Assembly (NCBI GenBank): GCA_050952645.1
Contig: JBMNLI010000006.1
Coordinates: 1-42,872 of the forward strand
Origin: Bdellovibrionota bacterium
Lineage (GTDB): Bacteria > Bdellovibrionota_C > UBA2361 > CAKMMH01
Reading direction: 5' to 3'
Length of the DNA stretch: 42,872 nt
Shown: positions 28,994 to 38,975 of the stretch, one piece after another
Numbering within the stretch: the first letter of the stretch is position 1
Layout of the letters: each line of letters opens with the position of its first letter
Notes under the pieces: model-generated
The model's database searches: none
Seen by the model: only the letters and a program-made list of their open reading frames with translations
What the model was told of the DNA's origin: nothing
Position numbers and translations under genes: made by a program

Positions 28994-29773
28994 ATGAATA
29001 AGAAAAGAAATTACAAAAAAATCATTTTTATAGCATTATCGTTTTTTATTAGCTTATCTTTTTATGCAGATAAGTCTTATAGTGATGAATTACCTTCTAA
29101 AGCTACGCATAAAGAAAATAGCTTAAAGAAAGGAACTCTATTAGCTAAGAATATAAAAATAGCTAAAAATATAAAAAATGATAAAAAAACTAGAAGCGAC
29201 TCTCCTAGTCTTCAAGGTAAGATAGATTTAGCTGAAGAGAAAAAAGGCGTATTGCCTTGGGTAAAGGGACAAAGCGAAATAAAGCTCGTGTTAGATGGTT
29301 TTGTTCAAGATGCGCAAAATGGAAAGATAGATAATTATATCCCAGATTTAGGAAAAGAGGCGTTAGAACAATTAGCCGCTACTTATTTATTTTGTTCAAA
29401 GCTTCAAGGCCCTTGCAAATTTATTCTAGATACTCTTTTAGAACTCGAGCTAGCACGCTCAATTAAAAATAATGATGTTTCTTGTTCTGGATTAAAGCAG
29501 TTTTGGAAGATATGGCTCGATAATAATTACGATAAGCAATTAAATTTCGATATGAAGCTTGGTTTAATGGAAAAAAATAAAATGTTTCAAACTTACGATA
29601 TGCCTAAATATATTCATTGCGAAGAAACGATAAGAAAAGACTTTAAGAAAGATTATATACCAAGCAAAGAAGCGTTAGCTAATATTAAAAAGACTAGTAA
29701 GCTTGTAGCACTTTTAGGAAAAAAATATGGCGATATTTCTAGTCAATATATACTAGAAAATACGGCTAAGTAG
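28994..29773 (+). CDS. Hypothetical exported protein with 4 Cys
   Basis: Signal-like N-terminus, open 259-aa frame co-oriented after ppiD. Confidence 0.7.
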   Translation: MNKKRNYKKIIFIALSFFISLSFYADKSYSDELPSKATHKENSLKKGTLLAKNIKIAKNIKNDKKTRSDSPSLQGKIDLAEEKKGVLPWVKGQSEIKLVLDGFVQDAQNGKIDNYIPDLGKEALEQLAATYLFCSKLQGPCKFILDTLLELELARSIKNNDVSCSGLKQFWKIWLDNNYDKQLNFDMKLGLMEKNKMFQTYDMPKYIHCEETIRKDFKKDYIPSKEALANIKKTSKLVALLGKKYGDISSQYILENTAK

Positions 29774-29811
29774 CAAGATTAAGTAACAAGATTAAATAAA
29801 AGGAAGAAAAT

Positions 29812-30530
29812 ATGGAGCTACTTCGTGGAATACAGATTGTAATATTAGCTAAAAAAGAAGAAGATAACCTAAAAATATTAATTCCTAAAATAAAAAATAC
29901 TATCAAGTCAATAGAAGATGAAGTGTTTAGTATTTTAATAGTTGATACTAACCCTTCCTTAGATAAAACTAAAGAGTTCGCACAAAAAGAAGGCCTACAA
30001 TATATCAATCAAGTTAATATCGGATTTGGTGGGGCGATGGTTGATGCAATAAAATTTTGTGAATATGATAGAATGATTTTTTTAGATGCAGATGGGGCGC
30101 ATGACCCAGTTTATATAAAAGATTAATTACTAAATTTAAAAAAGAAAATGCAACCGTTGTGATTGGTTCTAGGTATATAGACGGTGGGGAGACATTAGAT
30201 ACTAAGAAAAATATCTTTTTATCGAAAATTTTAAATTTTGTTTATGCTCGCACACTAGGTATAAAGGCAAAAGATGCATCTTCTAATTTTAGAATGTATA
30301 AAACAAAGCCATTAAAGTAATTAAAATTAAATGCTCAAAATTATGATGTTTTAATAGAAATATTAGTTAAATTAAAATTGTCTGATCCACAATTTAAAGT
30401 GGAGGAAATTCCTATCAAATTTTTAAGAAGACAAATCGGTTTATCTAAAAGAAGCGTTTGTAAATTCGCTATTAGCTATATTACGACTTTTATAAGATTG
30501 GTTTTATTTAAATTAAGGCATTTTAAATGA
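29812..30530 (+). pseudogene. GT2 polyprenol-phosphate glycosyltransferase (DPM1/GtrB-like), disrupted
   Basis: IVDTNPSLDKT, FLDADGAHDP; after a frameshift near 30123, VIGSRYIDGG, KDASSNFRMYK, an in-frame TAA at 30318-30320, then EEIPIKFLRRQIGLSK. Confidence 0.85.
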
Positions 30531-31829
30531 AATTTTTAAATAGCACGTTATTTTTGCTTAGGATATGGGTAGTTTTAGTCGCTATAATGTCTGGGCATAG
30601 TGATGCTTATGTTATAACTAGGTGGGGCATAGTTTTTTTTAGATGAAATTTTCTCAGGAGATATTTCTAATTATGCAATAAGAGCTAATACATTGGGTAT
30701 TGCTAATAATTACACAATGCTTTGTAATATTTTTGTTTCTTTAATTTTATTACCCTTTTATATTATTTTTCACAAAAATACTCATATGCCACTTGTTGGC
30801 TATATTATGTTTTATAAACTCTTTATAGCGATATTTACTATTTATTCTGCAATTTTAGTAAGGAAAGTAATGCTTAAATTGCGTTTTTCGGAAAAGCAGG
30901 CAAAGTTTTCTGAAATACTTTATTTAAACTCAATGTTTATTATTCCTATTAGCATTGTAATGGGACAAATAGATTTTATAGGAAATTATTTTTTAATTTT
31001 AGGAATATTATGCGTTCTTGATAATAAACTAATAAAAGCTAGCATGCTTTTTTCTTTATCATATTGTTTTAAACCTTTCTCATTATTTATCATAGTTCCC
31101 ATTATGTGTATTTTATTTTATAGGATAAGAAAAGATCTTTTTATACATGGATTTATTTTTTTGTTCCCATATTGGATACAAATGTTATGTACTTATTTAC
31201 TTATAGATGATTACTATTCTTTCTCAAGTGAAGTAAATATGTATTATGATTTTGCTAGTAGAATTATTAAAAATAGTTATTTTTTTATAATGGGGTTAGT
31301 GTGTTTACTCTTTTTGTATAAAAGTAAAAAAATATGTTTTAGTATAAATAAAATTTTAACCTTTCCATTAATAGTATTTTCCTTATTCACTTTACAATTA
31401 ATACATCATCAATGGGAGATTTACGAAGTTTGCTCTTTTATAGTCTTAATAATGTTGCTATTTAGGTTTAATGAATGTTTAGGAATTTTAGGGTATTTAT
31501 TTATAAATATTTTACAAATAATAAAATTGTTTTCTTTCGTGAATACTGCTTATACTGCATCGTGTTGGAAACACGGTTTTTTAAGTAGATATATTACTTT
31601 CGATAAGAATTATAACTTATCTGGTATTTTAAGTACTTATTTTATGCAATTTAAATTATTGTATGCTATGCTAATTTGTTTTTTAGTATTATTTGTTGCT
31701 AGTAAATGGGTTAATTTGCGCTTATTTCTTAATAAAGAAAAAGTTCAAAGCTTTAATTATAAGTTAATGGTAGGAATGTCGTTAATCCCACAGGTATGTT
31801 ATTTTACAATGAGTTATTTTTTTAAATAA
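30527..31829 (+). pseudogene. Polytopic membrane protein, probable GT-C glycosyltransferase, frameshifted at a T8 tract
   Basis: ATG overlaps the GT2 stop (ATGA). T8 at 30633-30640 causes a stop, whereas T7 would join it to ORF 30693-31829. Motifs YKL, SIVMGQID, LSYCFKPF are GT87/Alg6-like; many TM helices. Confidence 0.65.
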
Positions 31830-31840
31830 AAGTGTTTAAT

Positions 31841-32596
31841 TTAATTTGACAATCTGCTTTTCCAAATCTCTATAAGTTCTTTTTCATTTTTTAGGAATTT
31901 AATATCGCTATGTGATTTTAAAATTTCATTATCCTCTTTGCCGATATATCCCCAGCCTGCAAGGTATTGAGTTAGCCATAAAGGAGAGTTTAGTTCTCGT
32001 TTAATATCGATTAAATTATTTATAGCATCATCTACAAAGATTATATCCTGCTTTTCTTTTTCATAAATTTTTAGAATTTTGTCTGCTTTGCTCCCTTTTT
32101 GATCTCGTGAAAATATTTTACTATCATCAATATCTTTATTAAAAGTGCTAGTTAATAATTTTATCGATGCTGCGTCTTTATGACTTACTATGTAAAAATC
32201 TTTATCTCTTACAAATTCCCATATTTCTTTGTATGGCTTATTTAATTTTAACCAATCTTCTAAAAAGTTTTTTACCAACGATTCTCTCTTTTTAGAAATC
32301 TTATCTCCGAGTGTTTTTAAATTATCTTTTTGTGCTTCATATATATTTTGAAAAGATTCTCTATCTATTATATAAGGTTCTTTGCCCTTTTCTAATTCTT
32401 CTACGCAGAACTTAGATAGGATAAACATCGCCGCACTATCGTTCGACCTAGATCTATTTATCCTAAAAAAATCTTTAAATTTTTCTGGAACTTTTGTAGG
32501 GTCTAAATCTATATTTTTCACCGTGGCATATCCAATAGCCATAACCTCACTAGCAGTATCAAAAAGCACGCCGTCAAAATCAAGAACGTAAATCAT
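31841..32596 (-). CDS. HAD-superfamily hydrolase
   Basis: Motif I LDFDGVLFD, motif II IVSHK, K of motif III, motif IV FVDD, WGY. Confidence 0.88.
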   Translation of the reverse strand: MIYVLDFDGVLFDTASEVMAIGYATVKNIDLDPTKVPEKFKDFFRINRSRSNDSAAMFILSKFCVEELEKGKEPYIIDRESFQNIYEAQKDNLKTLGDKISKKRESLVKNFLEDWLKLNKPYKEIWEFVRDKDFYIVSHKDAASIKLLTSTFNKDIDDSKIFSRDQKGSKADKILKIYEKEKQDIIFVDDAINNLIDIKRELNSPLWLTQYLAGWGYIGKEDNEILKSHSDIKFLKNEKELIEIWKSRLSN

Positions 32597-32729
32597 AAAA
32601 AAATTCCTCTATTTAAATATTAAAAACTTAATGGTATCATTTGATGGTTTAAAGTTAAAGTGGTAATTTGTTAAAAATTAAAAATCAAAAATTAAAAAGT
32701 AAAAAATTTTAAGAGGTAAGTTTAAAAAA

Positions 32730-33548
32730 ATGAAATGTTCAGTTTTATCTAGTGGTAGTAAGGCTAATGCGACTTATATAGAAACGCATGATGCGAGCAT
32801 ACTTATCGATTGTGGGCTTTCTTGTAGGCAATGCGAAAAGGCGTTAAATAATATAAGTGTAAATCCTGCAAGCATCGATGCTATATTTATAACACATGCA
32901 CATAGCGATCATATAAAAGGAGTAAAGCTTTTTAGTAATAGGCATAAAGTGCCCGTATATGCAACTAAAGAGACGCTTTGCGTTCTAGATGATCCTTTTG
33001 AACCCATAGTGATAGAAAAGTCTCGCTCTTACGAATTAAAATCTTTCTTAATAAGCACGGCTTCTACAAGCCACGATGCAGAAAACTCTCTTTCTTTTAA
33101 AGTATCCGATAGTCTACATACCATCGGCTATTTAACCGATACTGGAAAAGTATCGAAAAAATTAGAAAAATTTTTGCAAAATTTAAGTTTGCTTATTTTA
33201 GAGTTTAATCACGACCCTATAATGCTTCAAACTTGTGATTACCCATGGCATTTAAAGGAAAGAATAGCTTCAAGTTATGGCCATTTATCAAATCTAGAAG
33301 CGAGTGAGTTTTTTAAGAAAGTATATCACGAAAATTTAAAAGCACTATTTTTAGCGCATATTAGTGAAAACACAAACACTAAGGAGCATGCATTTAAAGA
33401 GGCTACAAGGACGCTTTCAAAAATAGATGAAAGCTCTAATTGCTTTATAAAAGCGTTAGGTTATGATGCGACTCCACTATACGATTTAGAGAAAGATTTT
33501 GAAACTCTTGAAATTAAGGAAGATTATAAGCTTGCAGTTTGCCTTTAG
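32730..33548 (+). CDS. MBL-fold metallohydrolase (YycJ/WalJ-like)
   Basis: LSSGSKAN, IDCG, THAHSDHIKG, SHDA, TDTG, LEFNHD, GHLSN, LAHISE. Confidence 0.92.
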   Translation: MKCSVLSSGSKANATYIETHDASILIDCGLSCRQCEKALNNISVNPASIDAIFITHAHSDHIKGVKLFSNRHKVPVYATKETLCVLDDPFEPIVIEKSRSYELKSFLISTASTSHDAENSLSFKVSDSLHTIGYLTDTGKVSKKLEKFLQNLSLLILEFNHDPIMLQTCDYPWHLKERIASSYGHLSNLEASEFFKKVYHENLKALFLAHISENTNTKEHAFKEATRTLSKIDESSNCFIKALGYDATPLYDLEKDFETLEIKEDYKLAVCL

Positions 33549-33553
33549 GATAT

Positions 33554-33582
33554 TTGCACTTTTTTACTAAATATGATAAATT
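33554..33582 (+). promoter_or_regulatory. Candidate rpsB promoter
   Basis: TTGCAC - 17 nt - TAAATT with extended -10 TG. Confidence 0.45.
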
Positions 33583-33654
33583 TTTAAAAGATTTTCGTAA
33601 AATTTTTTGTGTATTTAATTAAATACTTTAAATATCATAAAAAATTATTTTTAA

Positions 33655-33767
33655 ACGCACTTAGATAGTCAAACTAGAGTTTTAAAAAAAACTCTAAATA
33701 AAACTTAGTGAAAAAAGGTTAAGCTTATAGCTTTTTTTAAGTTCAAAAATATCTAAGGAGGAATAAC
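33655..33767 (+). ncRNA. rpsB leader RNA (t44/S2 autoregulatory element-like)
   Basis: ACGCAC, closing stem CTTAGATA (33660-33667) / TATCTAAG (33750-33757) running into GGAGGAATAAC, two internal hairpins (TAGAGTTTT/AAAACTCTA and AACTTA..TAAGTT); same layout as known rpsB leaders. Confidence 0.65.
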
Positions 33768-33788
33768 TAAGTTAAAGGAGAATTTATT

Positions 33789-34709
33789 ATGTCTGAAGAA
33801 TTAAATAGTCTAGAAGAAACTGAAACTATGCAAACTGAAGCTATGCAAACTGAAGCTGTGCAAACTGAAACTGTGCAAACTGAAGCTGTGCAAACTGAGG
33901 TTATGCAAGATGAGGTAGTTAATGATGTAGTTAACGAAAATGAAGCTAATGAAAAGATTAAAGAGCTAGAAGAAATAGAAGCCGTAGAAGAAACCGTAGT
34001 CGATATTAAATCACTACTAAAATCCGGGGCTCATTATGGACACCAAACCGTTCGTTGGAACCCAAAAATGCTTCCTTATATTTATGGTGAAAGAAATAAT
34101 ATTCATATTATTAACCTTGATATTACATTAAAAAAATGGAATGAAGCTAGAAAATTTATAGTTGATAAAGTTTCTCAAGGTGCGACAGTGCTTTTTGTTG
34201 CTACTAAACAACAAGCAAAAGACGTGGTAAAAGAGGCTGCTACTAGATGCGACTCTTATTATATCAACAATAGATGGCTTGGAGGAACGCTAACAAACTT
34301 TTCTACCATTAAGCGTTCTATTGAAAAAATGAATAAGCTTAAAAAATTATTAGCCGATGCTGAAAATGAAGCTACGGGTGTTAAGTTAAATAAAAAAGAG
34401 AAGCTAGATATTTCTAAAACATTAGATAAGTTAGCTATGAACTTAGCTGGTATTTATAATATGAAGAGAACGCCAGATTTAATTTTCATAGTAGACGTTA
34501 TGAAAGAGGATATCGCAGTTAAGGAAGCTAAGAATTTAAATATTCCTGTAATAGCTTTAGTAGATACTAATTGCGACCCGACTGATATTACTTATCCAAT
34601 CCCATCAAATGATGATGCTTTAAGAACTATTTCGCTTTTTTGTAATGCAGTAGCAGATGCCGTAAATGAGGGAAAAAGAAATCTTGCAGCAAGATTTAAC
34701 AAGGCTTAA
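33789..34709 (+). CDS. rpsB: 30S ribosomal protein S2 with long acidic N-terminal extension
   Basis: [43 protein letters not shown]. Confidence 0.98.
   Translation: MSEELNSLEETETMQTEAMQTEAVQTETVQTEAVQTEVMQDEVVNDVVNENEANEKIKELEEIEAVEETVVDIKSLLKSGAHYGHQTVRWNPKMLPYIYGERNNIHIINLDITLKKWNEARKFIVDKVSQGATVLFVATKQQAKDVVKEAATRCDSYYINNRWLGGTLTNFSTIKRSIEKMNKLKKLLADAENEATGVKLNKKEKLDISKTLDKLAMNLAGIYNMKRTPDLIFIVDVMKEDIAVKEAKNLNIPVIALVDTNCDPTDITYPIPSNDDALRTISLFCNAVADAVNEGKRNLAARFNKA
33819..33908 (+). repeat. In-frame 15-bp tandem repeat x6 (ACTGAARCTRTGCAA; TEAVQ)
   Basis: Six consecutive near-identical units within rpsB. Confidence 0.95.
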
Positions 34710-34783
34710 AGCAAAGCTTTTAAAAGCTTTTAAAAAAGCACAAGTAGTCTTAGAGAAATTTATAGGGAGAGATTTATTAGGAG

Positions 34784-34822
34784 AAATTTATTAGCTAAAG
34801 AATGTTTAAAGCTAATAAATTT
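34784..34822 (+). promoter_or_regulatory. Hairpin between rpsB and tsf (attenuator or processing stem)
   Basis: AAATTTATTAGCT / AGCTAATAAATTT 13-bp perfect inverted repeat. Confidence 0.5.
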
Positions 34823-34891
34823 TTAAGTTGGTAAATAGTAAATTTATAAATAATTATTTAGAGTAAATTTTATTTTAGGAGATTTTTAGAT

Positions 34892-35536
34892 ATGACAGAA
34901 ATTACAGCAAGTGCAGTAAGAGATTTAAGAGAAAAAACTGGTGCAGGAATGATGGACTGTAAAAATGCATTAGTTGAGGCTAATGGCGATGAGGCAAAGG
35001 CGATAGAAATTTTAAGGAAAAAAGGCTTAAAAAGCGTTGATAAGAGAGCAGGAAAAGTAGCTGCCGAAGGAGTTATCGGCTCTTACGTTCACGCTGGGTC
35101 TCAAATAGTAGCCATAGTTGAGCTTAATTGTGAAACCGATTTTGTTGCTAGAGGAGATGATTTTAAAGCTTTAGCAAATGATATCGCAATGCATGTTGCG
35201 GCGATGGCTCCTAGGTATAATAGCGTTCAGGATATTCCTGAAGAAGTGCTAGAAAAAGAAAAAGAAATTTTGATGGAACAATTAAACGATAAGCAAAAAG
35301 AAAAAGCCGATATAATTATCCCAGGGAAGCTAGAAAAATTTTATTCTGAAAATGTTTTAGCTAATCAAGCTTTTATTAAAGATGATAGCAAAACCATTTC
35401 GCAATTAGTGTCAGATTTAAGTGCTAAAATTGGTGAAAAAATTGTAGTTAGAAGATTCGCTCGCTTTCAAGTAGGTGAAGGCATCGAAAAGAAACAAGAA
35501 GACTTCGCAGCTGAAGTAGCTGCAGCTATAAAATAA
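34892..35536 (+). CDS. tsf: Elongation factor Ts (short form)
   Basis: LREKTGAGMMDCK, ELNCETDFVA, RRFARFQVGEG. Confidence 0.98.
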   Translation: MTEITASAVRDLREKTGAGMMDCKNALVEANGDEAKAIEILRKKGLKSVDKRAGKVAAEGVIGSYVHAGSQIVAIVELNCETDFVARGDDFKALANDIAMHVAAMAPRYNSVQDIPEEVLEKEKEILMEQLNDKQKEKADIIIPGKLEKFYSENVLANQAFIKDDSKTISQLVSDLSAKIGEKIVVRRFARFQVGEGIEKKQEDFAAEVAAAIK

Positions 35537-35600
35537 GTAAAGCTTGAAGATTTTTAAAAATGATTAAGCCTTTTTATAAGATTTATAAAGCATAAAGTAT

Positions 35601-35643
35601 AAAAAAGATTGTAGTGAAAAAAACATCATTGCAATCTTTTTTT
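35601..35643 (+). terminator. Intrinsic terminator after tsf
   Basis: AAAAAAGATTGTAGTG / CATTGCAATCTTTTTTT stem ending in a T run. Confidence 0.7.
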
Positions 35644-35714
35644 ATATGTAGCTAAATAATATAAGGAATTTTAAAGAAAATATTTTTAATATAATATTAA
35701 AGGTAGCATGCATT

Positions 35715-36488
35715 ATGGCTAAAGAAAAATCTAATTTAAAAAATACTAAGTTAAAGAATACTAAATTAAAAAATACTAAGTTAAAATATAAAAGAGTGCT
35801 TTTAAAATTAAGCGGAGAGGTGTTAGCTGGAGGAAAAGATTTTGGACATGATGCAAAAGTTTTTAAATTTATCTTATCTCAAATAAATCAAGCTAGAGAC
35901 CTTGGGGCAGAAATCGCCTTAGTAATAGGTGGGGGAAATATCGTAAGAGGGAAACAAGCAAAAGAACTAGAAATAGAAGAAATAGATGCACACTATATGG
36001 GAATGCTCGCAACGGCTATAAATGCGATAGCATTCGAGAGTTATTTAAATAAAAATGGTGTGGAAGCAAAGGCTTTTTCAATGTTGTACTTAGATAATCT
36101 AATAGAAAAATTTTCAAAACAAAAAGCTATAGATAGTTTGAGTAATGGAAAAGTAGTCCTTTTTGCTTGTGGAACGGGAAGCCCTTATTTTACTACAGAT
36201 ACTGGGGCAAGTTTAAAAGCGATAGAAATAAAAGCAGATTTACTTATAAAGGCAACTAGTGTTAAAGGCGTTTACGATAAAGACCCTAAAAAATATGATG
36301 ATGCAAAGTTTATTGAAAAAATATCTTATAATGATATTCTAACTAAGAATCTAAAATTTATAGATTCCACTGCAGTTTCAATGTGTAGAGATAATAATAT
36401 GCCACTAGTCGTTTACAATATGAAAGAAGATGGGGGGCTAGTAAAGATTTTAAAAGGTGAGAAAATAGGCTCGTTAGTAGAGCCGTGA
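35715..36488 (+). CDS. pyrH: UMP kinase
   Basis: KRVLLKLSGE, IGGGNIVRG, MGMLAT, GSPYFTTD, GVYDKDP; N-terminal LKNTK x3 repeat. Confidence 0.97.
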   Translation: MAKEKSNLKNTKLKNTKLKNTKLKYKRVLLKLSGEVLAGGKDFGHDAKVFKFILSQINQARDLGAEIALVIGGGNIVRGKQAKELEIEEIDAHYMGMLATAINAIAFESYLNKNGVEAKAFSMLYLDNLIEKFSKQKAIDSLSNGKVVLFACGTGSPYFTTDTGASLKAIEIKADLLIKATSVKGVYDKDPKKYDDAKFIEKISYNDILTKNLKFIDSTAVSMCRDNNMPLVVYNMKEDGGLVKILKGEKIGSLVEP

Positions 36489-36523
36489 AAAAAATAAATT
36501 TAATTTTAAGGGAAAGTGTATTT

Positions 36524-37078
36524 ATGAAAGACAATATAGATAATTTTACAGATAATTGCGAAAAAACGATTTCGCATTTTAAAACGGAGCTAGGAAAAAT
36601 TAGAGGGGCTAGGGCTAGCGGAGGAATGCTTGAAAATATTCAAGTAGATTATTACGGCTCGAAAGTGCCTCTTATACAATTAGGATTGATAAACACTCCA
36701 GAACCTAGACTTATCACGGTGCAGGTATACGATGCAGGTGCTACAGATAGTGTAGAAAAGGCGATAAGACAATCCGATTTAAATTTAAATCCAGCAAGAG
36801 AGGGAAATTTAATAAGGTTAAACGTTCCAGCTCTTACGGAAGAAAGAAGAAAAGAACTTACTAAAAGACTTAGTAAGTTAGGAGAGGATGAAAAAGTAGT
36901 AATTAGAAACCATAGAAAAGATGCTATCGACACTCTTAAGAAAATGGAAAAGGACAAAGAAATTTCTGAAGATGAGTTAAAGAGAGGACAGGCTGAGATC
37001 CAGAGCATTACAGATAAATACGTTGAGATAGTTGATGAAATGTATAAGCAGAAAGAAGCAGAGGTTTTAGAAGTTTAA
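36524..37078 (+). CDS. frr: Ribosome recycling factor (ATG at 36524 preferred over GTG at 36485)
   Basis: IRGARAS, VDYYGS, PALTEERRKEL, RNHRKD, ISEDE. Confidence 0.97.
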   Translation: MKDNIDNFTDNCEKTISHFKTELGKIRGARASGGMLENIQVDYYGSKVPLIQLGLINTPEPRLITVQVYDAGATDSVEKAIRQSDLNLNPAREGNLIRLNVPALTEERRKELTKRLSKLGEDEKVVIRNHRKDAIDTLKKMEKDKEISEDELKRGQAEIQSITDKYVEIVDEMYKQKEAEVLEV

Positions 37079-37087
37079 TAATATCTT

Positions 37088-37142
37088 TTTATATTTATCG
37101 TGTTATATTTATCATTTTATATTTATCACGGTTATATTTATC
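37088..37142. repeat. TTATATTTATC x4 at 14-15 bp period abutting the uppS start codon
   Basis: Directly visible; no SD-like sequence before the ATG. Confidence 0.85.
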
Positions 37143-37925
37143 ATGGAAAATAATATACCAAAGCATATCGCAATTATTATGGATGGCAACGGTCGCTGGG
37201 CTCAAGCTAGGCATTTACCGAGAGTTCAGGGACATAGACAAGGTGCAAAGGCTTTAAAGAAAGTAGTTAAAGCGGCAAGAGAACTTGGCATTCGCTATTT
37301 AACGGTTTATGCTTTTTCAACGGAAAACTGGAAACGCCCTGAAAGTGAAGTGTCGGCTCTTATGAAGCTTTTTATATTGGCGCTAAACGATGAAACTCCC
37401 GAGCTAAAAAAAAATAATGTAAGGCTTCGAGCCATAGGGGCGCTTAGTATGCTTCCAAAGAATGTGTATGAAAAGCTTATGGCTTCCGTGGAAGCAACAA
37501 AAGATTGTGATGCTTTAGATTTAGTAATCGCAGTGTCTTACGGTGGAAGATACGAAATTTGCGATGCTTGTAAGAAGATATTAAAAGATTTTGAAAATAA
37601 AAAAATAAAGATTGATGATATTTCAGAGCAAACGTTTAGAAATTACTTGTATGCTAAAGACGTTCCCGACCCTGATTTTCTTATTCGCACTTCAAATGAA
37701 ATTAGAATCTCAAATTTTTTGTTATGGCAAATAGCTTATTCTGAGATAGTGATAAGCAAGAAGTTTTGGCCAGAATTTGATAAAGATGAATTGATTAGCT
37801 GTATAAATGAGTTTAATTCAAGGAGTAGAAGATTCGGGAAAACTAATGAACAAATAGAAGCTGAGAAAACTAAAACTAATAATAAAAAAACTAGTAATGA
37901 AAAGACTAATAATAAAAAAGGCTAA
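37143..37925 (+). CDS. uppS: Undecaprenyl diphosphate synthase
   Basis: HIAIIMDGNGRWA, YAFSTENWKRP, SYGGR, DPDFLIRTS..RISNFLLWQ, RRFG. Confidence 0.98.
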   Translation: MENNIPKHIAIIMDGNGRWAQARHLPRVQGHRQGAKALKKVVKAARELGIRYLTVYAFSTENWKRPESEVSALMKLFILALNDETPELKKNNVRLRAIGALSMLPKNVYEKLMASVEATKDCDALDLVIAVSYGGRYEICDACKKILKDFENKKIKIDDISEQTFRNYLYAKDVPDPDFLIRTSNEIRISNFLLWQIAYSEIVISKKFWPEFDKDELISCINEFNSRSRRFGKTNEQIEAEKTKTNNKKTSNEKTNNKKG

Positions 37926-38016
37926 TAAACAAAAGGCTAATAAAAAAGAAAATAATAAATAATAAATAGTATTTTAGGTTGTAAATTAAAAAAGTTTTTA
38001 TTTAGGAGAAAAAATT

Positions 38017-38808
38017 ATGGGCAATCTTACAAAAAGAATAATTACGGCAACGGTTTTACTTTTAGCAGTCATCCTTATCGTATTACAAGAAAACGTGCCA
38101 TTAACGCTTAGCTTAATAGCACTAGTGTTATTTTTAGGTTTTTTTGAAGTTATAAAAATGCTTAATTTAACTAATAAGACGCAATGCGTATTTATGTTTT
38201 TTGTGCTAGTAGTAGCTCCGATAGCCTTTGCTGTAACGGAGCGCTCCATGGGGTTGTTCGTCGTGGTAAGTTTAATTTTTATTCTTACTACTAGTTTTTT
38301 TGCGAATTTTAAAGATTTAGAGCAAGTCCAAAGAAGAACTTTTCTGTATCTTTTATGTTTTATCTTGTTAGGACTTGGTGGGTATTCTCTAGCAAATATG
38401 GCGTGCAAGGAGAATAGCTCAAAAGTTTTATTTTGGTTATTAGCGGTAATATCTGTAAACGATATTTGTGCTTACGCTTGCGGAAAGGCTATCGGGGGGG
38501 CGAGGTTTAATAGAGTAATTTCTCCTAACAAAACTGTAAGTGGCGCTATTTGTGGCATAGCTGGGGCAGTTTTAGCATCTTATTTAATGGTATATTTTTT
38601 AGATATAACTAATTTAAAATCTGGAGTGTTTTGGCCTACACTTTTTATTGCATGGTGCGCACAAATAGGAGATTTAATCGAATCGCTTATAAAAAGAATA
38701 TTAGGTGTTAAAGATAGCTCAAATATGCTCCCAGGGCATGGAGGAATTTTAGATAGAGTGGATGCTATTTTAGGTGCGGCTCCGCTTACACTTATTTGTT
38801 TTTTTTAG
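38017..38808 (+). CDS. cdsA: Phosphatidate cytidylyltransferase
   Basis: ISPNKTVSG, GDLIESLIKR..KDSSNMLPGHGGILDRVD. Confidence 0.97.
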   Translation: MGNLTKRIITATVLLLAVILIVLQENVPLTLSLIALVLFLGFFEVIKMLNLTNKTQCVFMFFVLVVAPIAFAVTERSMGLFVVVSLIFILTTSFFANFKDLEQVQRRTFLYLLCFILLGLGGYSLANMACKENSSKVLFWLLAVISVNDICAYACGKAIGGARFNRVISPNKTVSGAICGIAGAVLASYLMVYFLDITNLKSGVFWPTLFIAWCAQIGDLIESLIKRILGVKDSSNMLPGHGGILDRVDAILGAAPLTLICFF

Positions 38809-38975
38809 TTTGTTTTTTCTAGTTTATTTTTTCTAGTTTTGGTTTTTTTAAGTTTTGGTTTTTAAAGACTATTTAAGGATAAATTTTAAGGAAAAATTTA
38901 AATAGATAAATTCTAGAAAAAAAAGTAAAAAAAATAGGAAAAAATTTAGAGGATTTTAAAGGATAATAAAAAATA

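Noticed and set aside
6533..30320. Stop-codon reassignment suggested by in-frame TAA in two genes
   Set aside because: Both genes also carry frameshifts, and core genes use TAA, TAG and TGA as normal stops.
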